From IMG/VR virus record IMGVR_UViG_3300037044_000223, positions 1 through 44,914 of that record: a DNA stretch of 44,914 nucleotides, one strand, 5' to 3'. The translations under genes and the position numbers were made by a program. Positions 36,151-44,719 of the stretch are shown here, piece after piece (within the stretch, counting starts at the first letter, position 1; each line of letters starts with the position of its first letter). Source of the stretch: a virus (taxonomy: Duplodnaviria; Caudoviricetes). The notes beneath the pieces are model-generated. The model made no database searches, was not told where the DNA came from, and saw only the letters and a program-made list of their open reading frames with translations.

Positions 36151-37018
36151 GTTCGGCTTCCCCCATTTTTTTGTTCACCCAGTTCATTGCGTTGGTCAAC
36201 GAAACGTCCGTTTTCCTGTCACCGGTTGAAACAAGCGTCTGAAATTTTCCGTTTTCGTTGTTCCGGACAATACCGCCTTTGTTCTGCTTATCGGCCAACC
36301 AGGTGTTGATATGCCGTAAAATTCCGGCTTTTGTTTTCCTGCGAGCCGGATTCGCAAGGTTCCATTGCCGGATATTGCGGAGTTCCTGGATTACGTTAAC
36401 GGCCGGATAGGATTCCGCCCAATCGTCAATCACTGGCTGATAGATATCGAATTCAACTTGCGGTTCGCTTTTTTTGCTGATAAGCGGGATTGAAATTACC
36501 GCAGTTTTTTCACTGAGCGTGGAGCCGATTTTTTTCGGCTCTGCGCAAGAAGTTCCTTGTTCCTGTTCCCTTTCCTGTTCCTGTTCCTGTTCCTGTTCCA
36601 CTGGATCTTGATTAAGGGAAAAAAAGCCCGCGTGAGGCACGCGTGAGGCACGCGTCAAATCTTCAATTATATCAGTTGTATTTTCAGGTTCAGGCAAAAT
36701 ACTTTCCTTTTCCCTGTTGTTTACGATCTGGTGTTTTTTGAACGTGGGGATTAGTCCGTATTGCAATCCCTTGACTTCGTACTTGACGACAAAGCCACGT
36801 GTGAGGCACGCGTCGAGCACGCGTGAAAAATCCAAATTATCAAAAGGCAAAACATCCAATTTTAAAACAGCCGGTTGCCATCGAAACCGCCCCTCGCGGT
36901 CAGCAACTGTCCATAGGCCGGCAAATGCCACACGCAAAGGAAGCCCGGTCTCAATTTCCGCCTGATAAAGTTCTAAATGCCTGAAAAAATCAGGCTTTAT
37001 CGTTCTGATCCGCGCCAT
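36137..37018 (-). CDS. Phage replication initiator (replisome organiser-like)
   Basis: MARIRTIKPDFF, LWTVADREGRF, F.KHQ, EQ repeats and C-terminal W.ESYPAVNV.QELR...ANPARRKT. Confidence 0.85.
   Translation of the reverse strand: MARIRTIKPDFFRHLELYQAEIETGLPLRVAFAGLWTVADREGRFRWQPAVLKLDVLPFDNLDFSRVLDACLTRGFVVKYEVKGLQYGLIPTFKKHQIVNNREKESILPEPENTTDIIEDLTRASRVPHAGFFSLNQDPVEQEQEQEQEREQEQGTSCAEPKKIGSTLSEKTAVISIPLISKKSEPQVEFDIYQPVIDDWAESYPAVNVIQELRNIRQWNLANPARRKTKAGILRHINTWLADKQNKGGIVRNNENGKFQTLVSTGDRKTDVSLTNAMNWVNKKMGEAEHETE
36629..36826. other. Putative replication origin iterons inside the initiator gene
   Basis: 11-bp CACGCGTGAGG-type repeats in two clusters (36629-36656 and 36796-36826). Confidence 0.55.
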
Positions 37019-37230
37019 ATCTCACCATCCCACCCATATCATTCCTTGAATGATTTGCCCCTGGCCTGTACCGGGAAAACGCATCGTTTCCTATCCGCGA
37101 TTTATACCCTCAATTCTGGGATAACGGTCCCGATAAAACCACCAAGACATGACTTTGCGGTGCAAAAACTATCGTAATGGCGCCCAATGTCCGCCGGCAT
37201 CACAAAATGTTTTTTGTTCTTCGTAACGCA

Positions 37231-37674
37231 TCATGTTCGATCCATTTTTAACGAAAAGATGTCGTAGGTAATCTGGATGATTTCATATACTTTCTTTTTA
37301 ATCTCGGAACGAGGCAGCCGTAATATTTCGCATTTGTAGAACTGTGCAGCGATAGCCTCTCTGATTATCCTGAGAACTTTAATGTCATTTCTATCAATCA
37401 ACTCAGGCACAGAAACGCCAAATGCCTTCTTGATCTTTTTGTTGATCTGGATCGAAAGCCCTGCAAGACTGGATGCTTTGTTCCCGTCGTCATCAACGTA
37501 CTGCTCATGTTTTTTAATGGCATCCTGTATCAGATGATACGCTTTGATAGAACTGATTCGCTCAATCCTTGTTTCAATGCTCGAATCTTTAGGCAGATTC
37601 AATTTTATTTGTTTGGACAAGGCGATTATTGATTGCTCGTCCGCTCCAACTATCATTTCCTGCGTCAAGAGCAT
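37231..37674 (-). CDS. Hypothetical protein
   Basis: ATG 37674 with RBS GGAGG immediately after the upstream stop. Confidence 0.7.
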   Translation of the reverse strand: MLLTQEMIVGADEQSIIALSKQIKLNLPKDSSIETRIERISSIKAYHLIQDAIKKHEQYVDDDGNKASSLAGLSIQINKKIKKAFGVSVPELIDRNDIKVLRIIREAIAAQFYKCEILRLPRSEIKKKVYEIIQITYDIFSLKMDRT

Positions 37675-37675
37675 T

Positions 37676-38653
37676 TTATCCTCCTGTTTCGATAAGTTTT
37701 TCACCGTCCAGGTATTTACGGAAAGCCGCTGCGCCCTGCTCAAGTTCACCACATAGGTGTCTCATTTCTTTTTCGGCGGATTTTGTAAGCTTGTGATCCT
37801 CAAACAAGTCTCGAAGCGCAACGGATATATCCAAAAGAAAGCCCCGAATCTGGTCACATGCCTTTTTGCAGGCCGCCAGGTCACCGGCTGTCTTGTCCAT
37901 CTGCCTCATGGATTCTCGCAGATAATCAATTCTGTCTTGAATAGCCTTAAGCTGTCTGTTCTTAAGGTTGAAATCTTCTTCAAGCGCCTTCAATTTCTGG
38001 CCGACTTGCTGCTCGACTTCTTTTTCCTGGGCTTCCTTCAACCGCTTGATCCGACTGAGCAACCGGTCCTTTTCGTCAACCAGGGTGTCGCGCTCGGAAA
38101 TCAGAATAGGGTAGTCATCCGGAACCTTCTCAACGGTTACCGTTTCGACAACGGGGGGTTTGTTCATCTCATATTCAAGGCGTGATTTAAGGTTTATAAT
38201 CAAAGCCAGAATATCGTCCGTTGGGATCTGAGCTTTGGCCAGGTCAAGCTCTTTGCGAAGCACATCAATACGTTTGTGGGCTTCAACGAGTTCTTTTGTC
38301 TGCTTGATGGTGAGGGATTCGCCGTTCTCTGCTTTTTCAATGGCTTCGGTACGGGCGGATTCGGGCGTGCTGGGTGCGGCAAGGAGGAACATGGTTGCTA
38401 CTGGTAGATAATCTACCACACTTTGTGTGGTAGAACCAAACTGTTCATAAACATTAAGTAATTGATCCCCGCGAGTGGATCCGAGTCCGAGACTTTCTTT
38501 AATCCATTTCGAGTAATCCTGATAACCAAATTCCTGATGGTATTCATGACAAATCTGACTCAGGTTGACATACTCGTATGCCGTTCGCTTCAAAGAAGCC
38601 AATGCCATTTTGGTGAGGTATTCTTTCTTTTGAATCGTGGTCTCGTTAAGCAT
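37676..38653 (-). CDS. DUF3102 domain protein with coiled coil
   Basis: YSKWIKESLGL...LLNVYEQFG, LLAAPSTPESARTEAIEKAE.GE. Confidence 0.75.
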   Translation of the reverse strand: MLNETTIQKKEYLTKMALASLKRTAYEYVNLSQICHEYHQEFGYQDYSKWIKESLGLGSTRGDQLLNVYEQFGSTTQSVVDYLPVATMFLLAAPSTPESARTEAIEKAENGESLTIKQTKELVEAHKRIDVLRKELDLAKAQIPTDDILALIINLKSRLEYEMNKPPVVETVTVEKVPDDYPILISERDTLVDEKDRLLSRIKRLKEAQEKEVEQQVGQKLKALEEDFNLKNRQLKAIQDRIDYLRESMRQMDKTAGDLAACKKACDQIRGFLLDISVALRDLFEDHKLTKSAEKEMRHLCGELEQGAAAFRKYLDGEKLIETGG

Positions 38654-38675
38654 ATTCTCTCTCCAATGGATTCTT

Positions 38676-38933
38676 TTAAAAAACAGAAGAGGCCTTAAAG
38701 TGGATATAAAGCTTTTCTTTGGATAACATCCTTTCGTGTGTTTTTGGCTGTGATATGTATCTTGCTTTGCGTTTTTTTATGTAGAATCTCCCGAAAAACG
38801 GGAGTTTTGCCGTAGAATTAACAAGAAGCTGCTCGTCAACGACCGCCTTAAAAGCGATCAGGGCGTTTCTCGCGGTGTTCTGCGTGCAACCGGCCAATTT
38901 CGCCGCTTTTGAAATGAAAACATCTTGTCTCAT
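38676..38933 (-). CDS. HU/IHF-family DNA-binding protein
   Basis: LPFFGRFYIKKRKAR...PKT.E.......HFKAS. Confidence 0.85.
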   Translation of the reverse strand: MRQDVFISKAAKLAGCTQNTARNALIAFKAVVDEQLLVNSTAKLPFFGRFYIKKRKARYISQPKTHERMLSKEKLYIHFKASSVF

Positions 38934-39184
38934 TTTAACCCCCCCTTACTGCTATAGCTAATCCTGGAACATACCCATTCAATATAGGCGGCTGTTGGAT
39001 AGGCAACTTTCCGGCCAATAAAAAAGGCGCCCTTTGGTCCTGTTCCAGCGGAGTCAAAATTTGCCATGACACCAACCGAATTTCCATCAAGCGCCTGCCG
39101 TGTTTTATCAGTGCGGAAAAGATAGGGCCTTCCCGTCAATGCTTTTTCAAGCTCAATTCGGATTTTCTCTTGTGATTCTGTCAT
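38930..39184 (-). CDS. AlpA/excisionase-like DNA-binding protein
   Basis: MANFDSAGTGPKGAFFIGRKVAYP...IEW motif. Confidence 0.7.
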   Translation of the reverse strand: MTESQEKIRIELEKALTGRPYLFRTDKTRQALDGNSVGVMANFDSAGTGPKGAFFIGRKVAYPTAAYIEWVCSRISYSSKGGLK

Positions 39185-39308
39185 TTATCGTCCTTTCCAG
39201 ATCCCATCTGTTCCAGATTGCCGCAGGATTAAAAAGATACTCCATGGCAATAATCACGCGGCTTTTAAAATCCCGATACACACCCCATAAAAGGAAAAAG
39301 CGTTTCAT
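39153..39308 (-). CDS. Possible small hypothetical protein (51 aa)
   Basis: ATG with RBS GGAGG filling an operon gap; not in the ORF track. Confidence 0.3.
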   Translation of the reverse strand: MKRFFLLWGVYRDFKSRVIIAMEYLFNPAAIWNRWDLERTINDRITRENPN

Positions 39309-39317
39309 TCGACCCTC

Positions 39318-39512
39318 CTAACTCCAATTTTGACAGCTCCGCTCGCCCGCGGGATTGCCATGCTGCTGGTTCGGGAAATAGCATTTGTGAAACTTGCAAA
39401 AAGCCCAGCCATATTCTTTGTCTCCAGGATCGCGTGCCCTGAAAAAATACGACCGGCATGTGTAACATCTTTTGTCTTCAATTGACTTTTTCATGAATGA
39501 AAGACGATTCAA
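39318..39512 (-). CDS. Small Cys-rich hypothetical protein
   Basis: CxxC...C...C pattern; operon context. Confidence 0.5.
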   Translation of the reverse strand: MNRLSFMKKSIEDKRCYTCRSYFFRARDPGDKEYGWAFCKFHKCYFPNQQHGNPAGERSCQNWS

Positions 39513-39777
39513 CCATTTCCAGTGCCGCTTTCATTTTTTGGGTTATTTCGCCGAAAACCCTCTCGGCAACCTTACCGCACATGGAATACATTTTTTTCCG
39601 CTCTTCATCAGTATCTTCAATCAAATACGGTTCGAAGATATCTGCGTAATCAATATCTAAATCACGAAGACGATATTCCAGCGTGTAAATAAGACCATCG
39701 TCGTGAAATATAGATCGCATTTCATTTTTAATGGCCACCTCCACTAAACGACTTATTCTTTGTTCAAGTGTCATCAT
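39478..39777 (-). CDS. Hypothetical protein
   Basis: 99 aa, globular composition, co-oriented with the early operon. Confidence 0.6.
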   Translation of the reverse strand: MMTLEQRISRLVEVAIKNEMRSIFHDDGLIYTLEYRLRDLDIDYADIFEPYLIEDTDEERKKMYSMCGKVAERVFGEITQKMKAALEMVESSFIHEKVN

Positions 39778-39954
39778 TGTTCGGCTTCCATAATGTTTCT
39801 TGTTATTTCGATTTTCTCGATTAAAAAAACCCGGTCTTGATTCTGTTTCCCAGAAATGATTTTTTCCTGACTGAAACTGGATTGCGACAGAATCTTTTTT
39901 ATTGCCGCTGACGGACCGGGTCGCCGGCGGGGAGGCATCCAGCCAGGTCAGCCG

Positions 39955-41352
39955 TTAAAACTTTTCATACCCATCGGGCATGCCGTCAGGGATCCCGGTG
40001 TTTCCGTCTATTTGGGCTTCAACCATTGCCATCATGCAAGACAGAATTCTTTCACAGTCCTCAACTGTATTCGGCAAGGTTCCGAGATGTTTTTTCGCCG
40101 CCGCGTATTCATTGGGGAACTCAGCCTTTCGGGTCATCAGGTTTTTATACTGGGGGGTGTAACTCAGGGGCAGAGTGCTTTCAGTTTTTTCCGGCGCCGG
40201 TGTTTCCGGTGCGGTCACTTGAGAGCCGGAAAGCGGCCAGGGTTGTGCCGGGTACAATTTTACCCACTTTTCAATGGCTTCCATCAGCATGGTTTGCGGA
40301 CAATGCCGGAATAAATCAAGGTTCTGGAAAACAAAAGTTGAAAAACCAGGGCCTTTCAGGTTTATGTACCGGGTCCGGAAATCGCTCCATACCACGGCAT
40401 CACTCGGAGGGCCCTGGTGGTCAGACACTTTTGCCGGCCTGCTTGCCGGATCCGGAGCTGGTGCTGGAGCAGGAGCCGTCGTTTCCGGGGCGGTAGTAAT
40501 CTCTTTTTCGCTCGCCGGTTCTTTTTTTGCCGAGGCTTGCTTCGACAGCCAGGCTTCAAACGCTTTGATAAATACACTCCAGTTCCCAACTGCCCGGTTT
40601 TTAAGATCGTCAACGCTGGCGCCATTGGCTTTTGCCGTAAGAACAACAAAGTCAATAAGCTTTTCCTGGCCCTCCGGATACTGCTCTGCAGCAAGAATAT
40701 CAAAAGCGTTTTCGTCAATACTTCCGCTTCCCGACAATTCAGTTTCTGCCGGGGCTTTTAACTGATACTGTTCATGCCCGTCATTCCCGACTGTAGATTC
40801 CAGAACAATCGCATCGCTGTTTTCTTCAATGGTACGGATTCCCTTCAAAAAATCCGCGAACTGATCCCGCATGGCGAAATTGCGTGCTTTAAATTGCATC
40901 ATACGATTCGTCCATCTTTTCCACGGGCTTTCGGGTTTCACCTGATCAAAACCGGCTTCTAACGCCTCAGCCCACGAATAGGAACCGGTAACCGCTTCAC
41001 AGCCTTTTCGTTTCACCCGACAGAAGTAAGTCCAGTCGGGTTTTTTTCGCTCACCTTCCGACCATTCCTTGAATTCTTCAAGCAGTCCGGAAGACCGGAC
41101 AATCGCCAGTGCCGCATCGCCGTAAATACCAGGCCTCCCATTTATGACTGCAATGTTCTGAACGCTCGCCATTGGGGACAACCCGATTTCCGCGCCCATT
41201 TGTATGGCCACGAAAACTGCTTCCGGGGTTTCGATCGATTTCGGCATCAACCCGGATGCTGCCATGATTTTGGCGAGCCGGATTGCTTCTTCAATTCCCC
41301 TCGGGGTTATCCCGAAAGATCGACTTTGTACCGCTGGTAAACTTGTTTCCAT
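39955..41352 (-). CDS. recT: RecT-family single-strand annealing protein with long C-terminal extension
   Basis: VAIQMGAEIGLSPM.SVQNIAVINGRP.IYGD, PW....RMMQ.KAR.FA.RD.FAD.LKG; RBS GGAGGT. Confidence 0.85.
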   Translation of the reverse strand: METSLPAVQSRSFGITPRGIEEAIRLAKIMAASGLMPKSIETPEAVFVAIQMGAEIGLSPMASVQNIAVINGRPGIYGDAALAIVRSSGLLEEFKEWSEGERKKPDWTYFCRVKRKGCEAVTGSYSWAEALEAGFDQVKPESPWKRWTNRMMQFKARNFAMRDQFADFLKGIRTIEENSDAIVLESTVGNDGHEQYQLKAPAETELSGSGSIDENAFDILAAEQYPEGQEKLIDFVVLTAKANGASVDDLKNRAVGNWSVFIKAFEAWLSKQASAKKEPASEKEITTAPETTAPAPAPAPDPASRPAKVSDHQGPPSDAVVWSDFRTRYINLKGPGFSTFVFQNLDLFRHCPQTMLMEAIEKWVKLYPAQPWPLSGSQVTAPETPAPEKTESTLPLSYTPQYKNLMTRKAEFPNEYAAAKKHLGTLPNTVEDCERILSCMMAMVEAQIDGNTGIPDGMPDGYEKF

Positions 41353-41373
41353 AACCCACCTCCTTTATGCTTT

Positions 41374-41524
41374 GATGAAGTTGAAAAAAAGGCAAAATCA
41401 CACGGCTTCGAAAAAAGTACGCAGGCAAGGCGCGCAAAGCCTGAGGAGTGAGGCGTACTTATCGTACGCCGCAACGACGAAGGATGAAGCGCAACGCAGC
41501 ATCCGGACTTTTTACGAAGCCGTC
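41374..41524. mobile_element. MITE-like element, copy 3 (151 bp)
   Basis: Perfect 7-bp flanking duplication ATGCTTT (41367-41373 and 41525-41531); same core as copies 1 and 2. Confidence 0.88.
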
Positions 41525-42299
41525 ATGCTTTGATGATTGCTGATTCAGTTTCATAGATTCGAATTCCCGGAATTTCCCTGATACCGCTCTTAACAGCCTG
41601 GTTGACAGCCACCTTATCAACCACAAGATATTTCGGAGGGATCAGACTGATGTCCAAAACATCCCAAACCCAGTCTTTCCGGAGATGCACGGAAGACCCG
41701 GTTTCCGAGCGAAACACCTTTTGAACCGGGACCACTGGAGCAACCACAATAGGGGCTATTACTTCGGGCTCCATCGGCGCGGCCGGTTCTCCCATTTCAA
41801 AGGCTTTCTTCGCCTCGGCTTCCCGCTGCACGTTCAGTGCCGCTGCCCGTTCATTCAGTTCCCGCTGGACCTTTGCAGCCTCTAATCGAGCGCGTTCCTG
41901 CGCTTCACGCTGTTCCATTTGGACTTTGGATATGCGAGCCAGGATGCCGACATTTAATTTCTGGTGGATCTCATCGAGAGTGTTTGTAAAAACCTTCACA
42001 AAACTGTTGACGGTTTTCACGAATTCCCCCGGCGCCTCGATAACTTCTTTGCGCTTTTTCTCGATTGCCGTTGCCAGTTTTTTTGCCTGACCAACCATTG
42101 TAATCGCTTCATTTTGGCTGTCTTCATCTACAACAACATGTGCCATTGCCTGGGCCTTCATCCGCTCGATTTCAGGCAGGTACATCCGCCGCAACACGCG
42201 ACACGCCTGATCTGCATCATTGTATCCAATTAAAACCGATGGGATATGTACAGCCGCCGGTACTTCTTCAGCCTCATTCACTGCTGCCATAAAATCCAT
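41523..42299 (-). CDS. Conserved phage coiled-coil protein (recombination module)
   Basis: 258 aa; C-terminal W.W.V.D.S.IP.KYL.VD......AVK.GIREIPGIRIYE motif. Confidence 0.75.
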   Translation of the reverse strand: MDFMAAVNEAEEVPAAVHIPSVLIGYNDADQACRVLRRMYLPEIERMKAQAMAHVVVDEDSQNEAITMVGQAKKLATAIEKKRKEVIEAPGEFVKTVNSFVKVFTNTLDEIHQKLNVGILARISKVQMEQREAQERARLEAAKVQRELNERAAALNVQREAEAKKAFEMGEPAAPMEPEVIAPIVVAPVVPVQKVFRSETGSSVHLRKDWVWDVLDISLIPPKYLVVDKVAVNQAVKSGIREIPGIRIYETESAIIKA

Positions 42300-42321
42300 A
42301 TTACCTCCTTGTATCGGGAAA

Positions 42322-42395
42322 AGGGGGCAGGGGGCAGGCTTCAGGGTGCAGGTTTTTTCTGCTCCCTTCCCCCCGTCACTCGTTACTCGTCACCT
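42322..42395. repeat. Heptamer repeats (AGGGGGC / CGTCACT)
   Basis: 7-nt periodic tracts; contain the TGA of the nuclease gene. Confidence 0.65.
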
Positions 42396-42929
42396 TCCCT
42401 TAAAGTACCGGTATGCCCCCAACGCATTCAGAAATGCCGCCCAAGGTTCGCCGTCTACATCAATCTCAGTCGCTATTGCAGGACTGCCATTTCTCCGAAG
42501 ACGAACGGCCAACCCTCGCCGAACATCATATCCGTACTTTCGCGCAAGATGCGCATAAGCAGCGATTTGGGGATACCATGTACGGGAAATACTCATGGGC
42601 GTTTTGTAATCGACAATCGTCAAACCATGGTCGCCTGGGATATAAACAACAGCGTCAGGATGCCCCATGTATCCAAGGTGTGGATCCGCAAACTCTTCCT
42701 CAACCGCAACAAATTCAGGCGCCGCCATTTCCGCCCAATTCAAGAAGCTGTCAAAAAAAGGTCCATCTCCGGGCCAAAGCGCACAATCTGCCCAAAGCCC
42801 CTTGGCATAAATCGCGCACGCTGCATGGACCCTTGATCCCCGATCGGCGGCCCGTTGCAAAACTTCAGGACGGATCTTCGAGAAGTCAGAAAATGGCGAC
42901 AACACTCTTGTCACCGATGGGAGCTTCAT
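42390..42929 (-). CDS. PD-(D/E)XK nuclease (phage exonuclease)
   Basis: LPSVTRVL, RGSRVH, GY.GHPD....IVDYKT and QIAAY motifs. Confidence 0.88.
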   Translation of the reverse strand: MKLPSVTRVLSPFSDFSKIRPEVLQRAADRGSRVHAACAIYAKGLWADCALWPGDGPFFDSFLNWAEMAAPEFVAVEEEFADPHLGYMGHPDAVVYIPGDHGLTIVDYKTPMSISRTWYPQIAAYAHLARKYGYDVRRGLAVRLRRNGSPAIATEIDVDGEPWAAFLNALGAYRYFKGR

Positions 42930-42957
42930 TTTCTCTCCGTCCTCCTTTGTTTGTTGT

Positions 42958-43079
42958 TTGAGATGTCAGGATTCAAACCTGATTTGGCAACAGTGCGCTT
43001 CTGCGATAGTGCTGTTGCCCGGAACCTCCATGCGCGCTTGTTCCCGCGCTTCCCGGTGTCTCACCACGCCGCATCCCAA
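42958..43079 (-). ncRNA. tRNA-like RNA with expanded inner arms
   Basis: Acceptor stem TGGGATG/CATCTCA; T arm TCAGG-TTTGAAT-CCTGA; 8-bp stem GGCAACAG/CTGTTGCC; no canonical anticodon arm. Confidence 0.55.
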
Positions 43080-43256
43080 AATTATGAATTATGAATAAAA
43101 ACAAGTCCGTCGTTCTGTCAGCTTACTTTATTGAGCTTTCCCGGTCTCATCCGCCCCTTACCGCCTCGCCGCGCCGCAGCTTCGATCATGGGGAAGCCAC
43201 AACCCCGTCTGCACGCCGGTCAAGGTCGTTCGGGGGTTGTGACTGGTTTTTTCTTT

Positions 43257-43448
43257 TTAAAGAAAACTGACCAGTCCGGCTTCATAAGCAAGCCGATTCA
43301 TTTCCTTATGGAATGTACGGCTCCAGGATTCATTGTATTTTTCATCATCAGAAGCTGGATGCTTCTTGTTTGCGATCCTCACAGCAGTATTGATGAGCGC
43401 ATCTCTTTTTTCGATATATGTCCGTGGTTCGCGTATTTTTTTTGCCAT
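43257..43448 (-). CDS. Hypothetical protein
   Basis: ATG 43448 with upstream AAGGAG; 63 aa. Confidence 0.6.
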   Translation of the reverse strand: MAKKIREPRTYIEKRDALINTAVRIANKKHPASDDEKYNESWSRTFHKEMNRLAYEAGLVSFL

Positions 43449-43485
43449 TGTTTGGTGCCACTCCTTGTCTGGTATTACCAATCTC

Positions 43486-43686
43486 TTACGCTTGTTTTAT
43501 TGACCCAGACGCTTTTAAGGGCAACAATTTAACCAGGTCAGGGTGCGTTGTAATCACGGGGATTCCAATTTCAAGGCAAGCGCGGACCAGTTCGGACAGC
43601 GAACAGTCCAGGGAAATTGTTGCGGTGTTGACAATTTTTAGCAGCCGATCGTCAATTTTGATGTTGAGAGGATTATTCGTCTTCAT
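43486..43686 (-). CDS. Ribbon-helix-helix-like DNA-binding protein
   Basis: LNIKIDDRLL..V......DCSLSELVRACLE; RBS GGAGGT. Confidence 0.7.
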   Translation of the reverse strand: MKTNNPLNIKIDDRLLKIVNTATISLDCSLSELVRACLEIGIPVITTHPDLVKLLPLKASGSIKQA

Positions 43687-43756
43687 TTCTCTACCTCCAA
43701 ACCCAAACACACACTCAGAACATTCCATAAGATGGCTCCTGTTGTTTTTTGGGATT

Positions 43757-43978
43757 TCATTGCAAATAGGGCTTTTGACTTATGTTTTTAAAAAGATCGA
43801 TGGCTTTTTTGATTTCAACGGGGGTGCCTTCCAGCCAAAGAACAGGATTGGTTTTTGTTGCAAAGGCAAGGCGCTTAGCGGCGCCCCAGGAGGGACGCCT
43901 TCGTCCATTCAGGATATTTGAGAGCGCCTGCTTTGAAACACCGGCTATTTCGGCAATTTTTGAGTAATTTGTTTTCAT
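43757..43978 (-). CDS. Cro-like XRE HTH regulator
   Basis: YSKIAEIAGVSKQALSNILNGRRRPS; divergent from repressor. Confidence 0.88.
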   Translation of the reverse strand: MKTNYSKIAEIAGVSKQALSNILNGRRRPSWGAAKRLAFATKTNPVLWLEGTPVEIKKAIDLFKNISQKPYLQ

Positions 43979-43984
43979 GGTGGA

Positions 43985-44013
43985 ATATTATTCAATAAGA
44001 AATTATAAATCAA
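43985..44013 (-). promoter_or_regulatory. Sigma-70 promoter for cro/early operon within the operator region
   Basis: TTGATT-17 nt-TAATAT ending 6 nt before the cro ATG; repeated TATTC(A)...AGAAA operator-like motifs in 43984-44060. Confidence 0.65.
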
Positions 44014-44060
44014 GAATAATATATTCACATAGAAAATATATTTTCACGTAAAGTGATATT

Positions 44061-44540
44061 ATGGATAATAGCGATATTTTCAGAAAATTTCTTGTCAAGT
44101 GGATGGCAGACAACTGGAAGAAAAACCAGAATGCCTTTGCCGAGTTCTTGGGGATTTCGAGCTGTCATCTATCGAATATATTGACTGGGAACAAAAGATC
44201 ATCGGAAAAAGCACGCTTATCGATATGTAATAAACTTGGCGTGGATTACCGCAACCTGATCCGAGTCGATTTAGGCGTAAAAAATGATTCCAAAGCCCCG
44301 AACGTTAAGTATAAAGACGCCCCGAAGCCATTGGACTTAAGAATTAAATCAATGATAGACGATTTATTGGAAATATATAAATCAGGAGATTCTGCCAAAA
44401 TAACTACAATTGAGACAAACCTATCTTCTTTAAAGGCGATGATCCAAATGGAAAAACATGCCAGAAAAAGAACAGGTCTATCATTGCAGGAGGAAGACGA
44501 AACGCTGATGAATCGGCCCAATCTCAAAGAAAGCGCATGA
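44061..44540 (+). CDS. CI-like XRE repressor (no S24 peptidase domain seen)
   Basis: QNAFAEFLGISSCHLSNILTGNKR HTH; divergent from cro. Confidence 0.85.
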   Translation: MDNSDIFRKFLVKWMADNWKKNQNAFAEFLGISSCHLSNILTGNKRSSEKARLSICNKLGVDYRNLIRVDLGVKNDSKAPNVKYKDAPKPLDLRIKSMIDDLLEIYKSGDSAKITTIETNLSSLKAMIQMEKHARKRTGLSLQEEDETLMNRPNLKESA

Positions 44541-44719
44541 ATTCCATAATATCCAGATTTATCGAGAATGTTAATATCGACAATATCGAAAGTATAAAAA
44601 AAGGGCACTATAAAGTTTACGGGAATATATGCGTTATTATTTTTAGATGCGACTGGTTGGATTGTTGCTATTATGAGTATTTTGAAGTTGCGAGAAAAAT
44701 CGGTTTACCAGTAATTTGA
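44537..44719 (+). CDS. Small hypothetical protein
   Basis: ATGA overlap with the repressor stop; 60 aa. Confidence 0.45.
   Translation: MNSIISRFIENVNIDNIESIKKGHYKVYGNICVIIFRCDWLDCCYYEYFEVARKIGLPVI

Noticed and set aside
37019-37231. Possible small gene upstream of the initiator
   Set aside because: The coupled ATG at 37231 closes after 20 codons; at most a remnant
7687-41533. ORFs 7687-8010, 34881-35084 and 41204-41533 sharing MRRTTSTPQRRR or related peptides
   Set aside because: Similarity comes from the MITE sequence, and they run antisense into real genes
42958-43079. Canonical tRNA gene or att-site tRNA fragment
   Set aside because: No standard D stem or 7-nt anticodon loop, too long, and no adjacent integrase; kept only as tRNA-like
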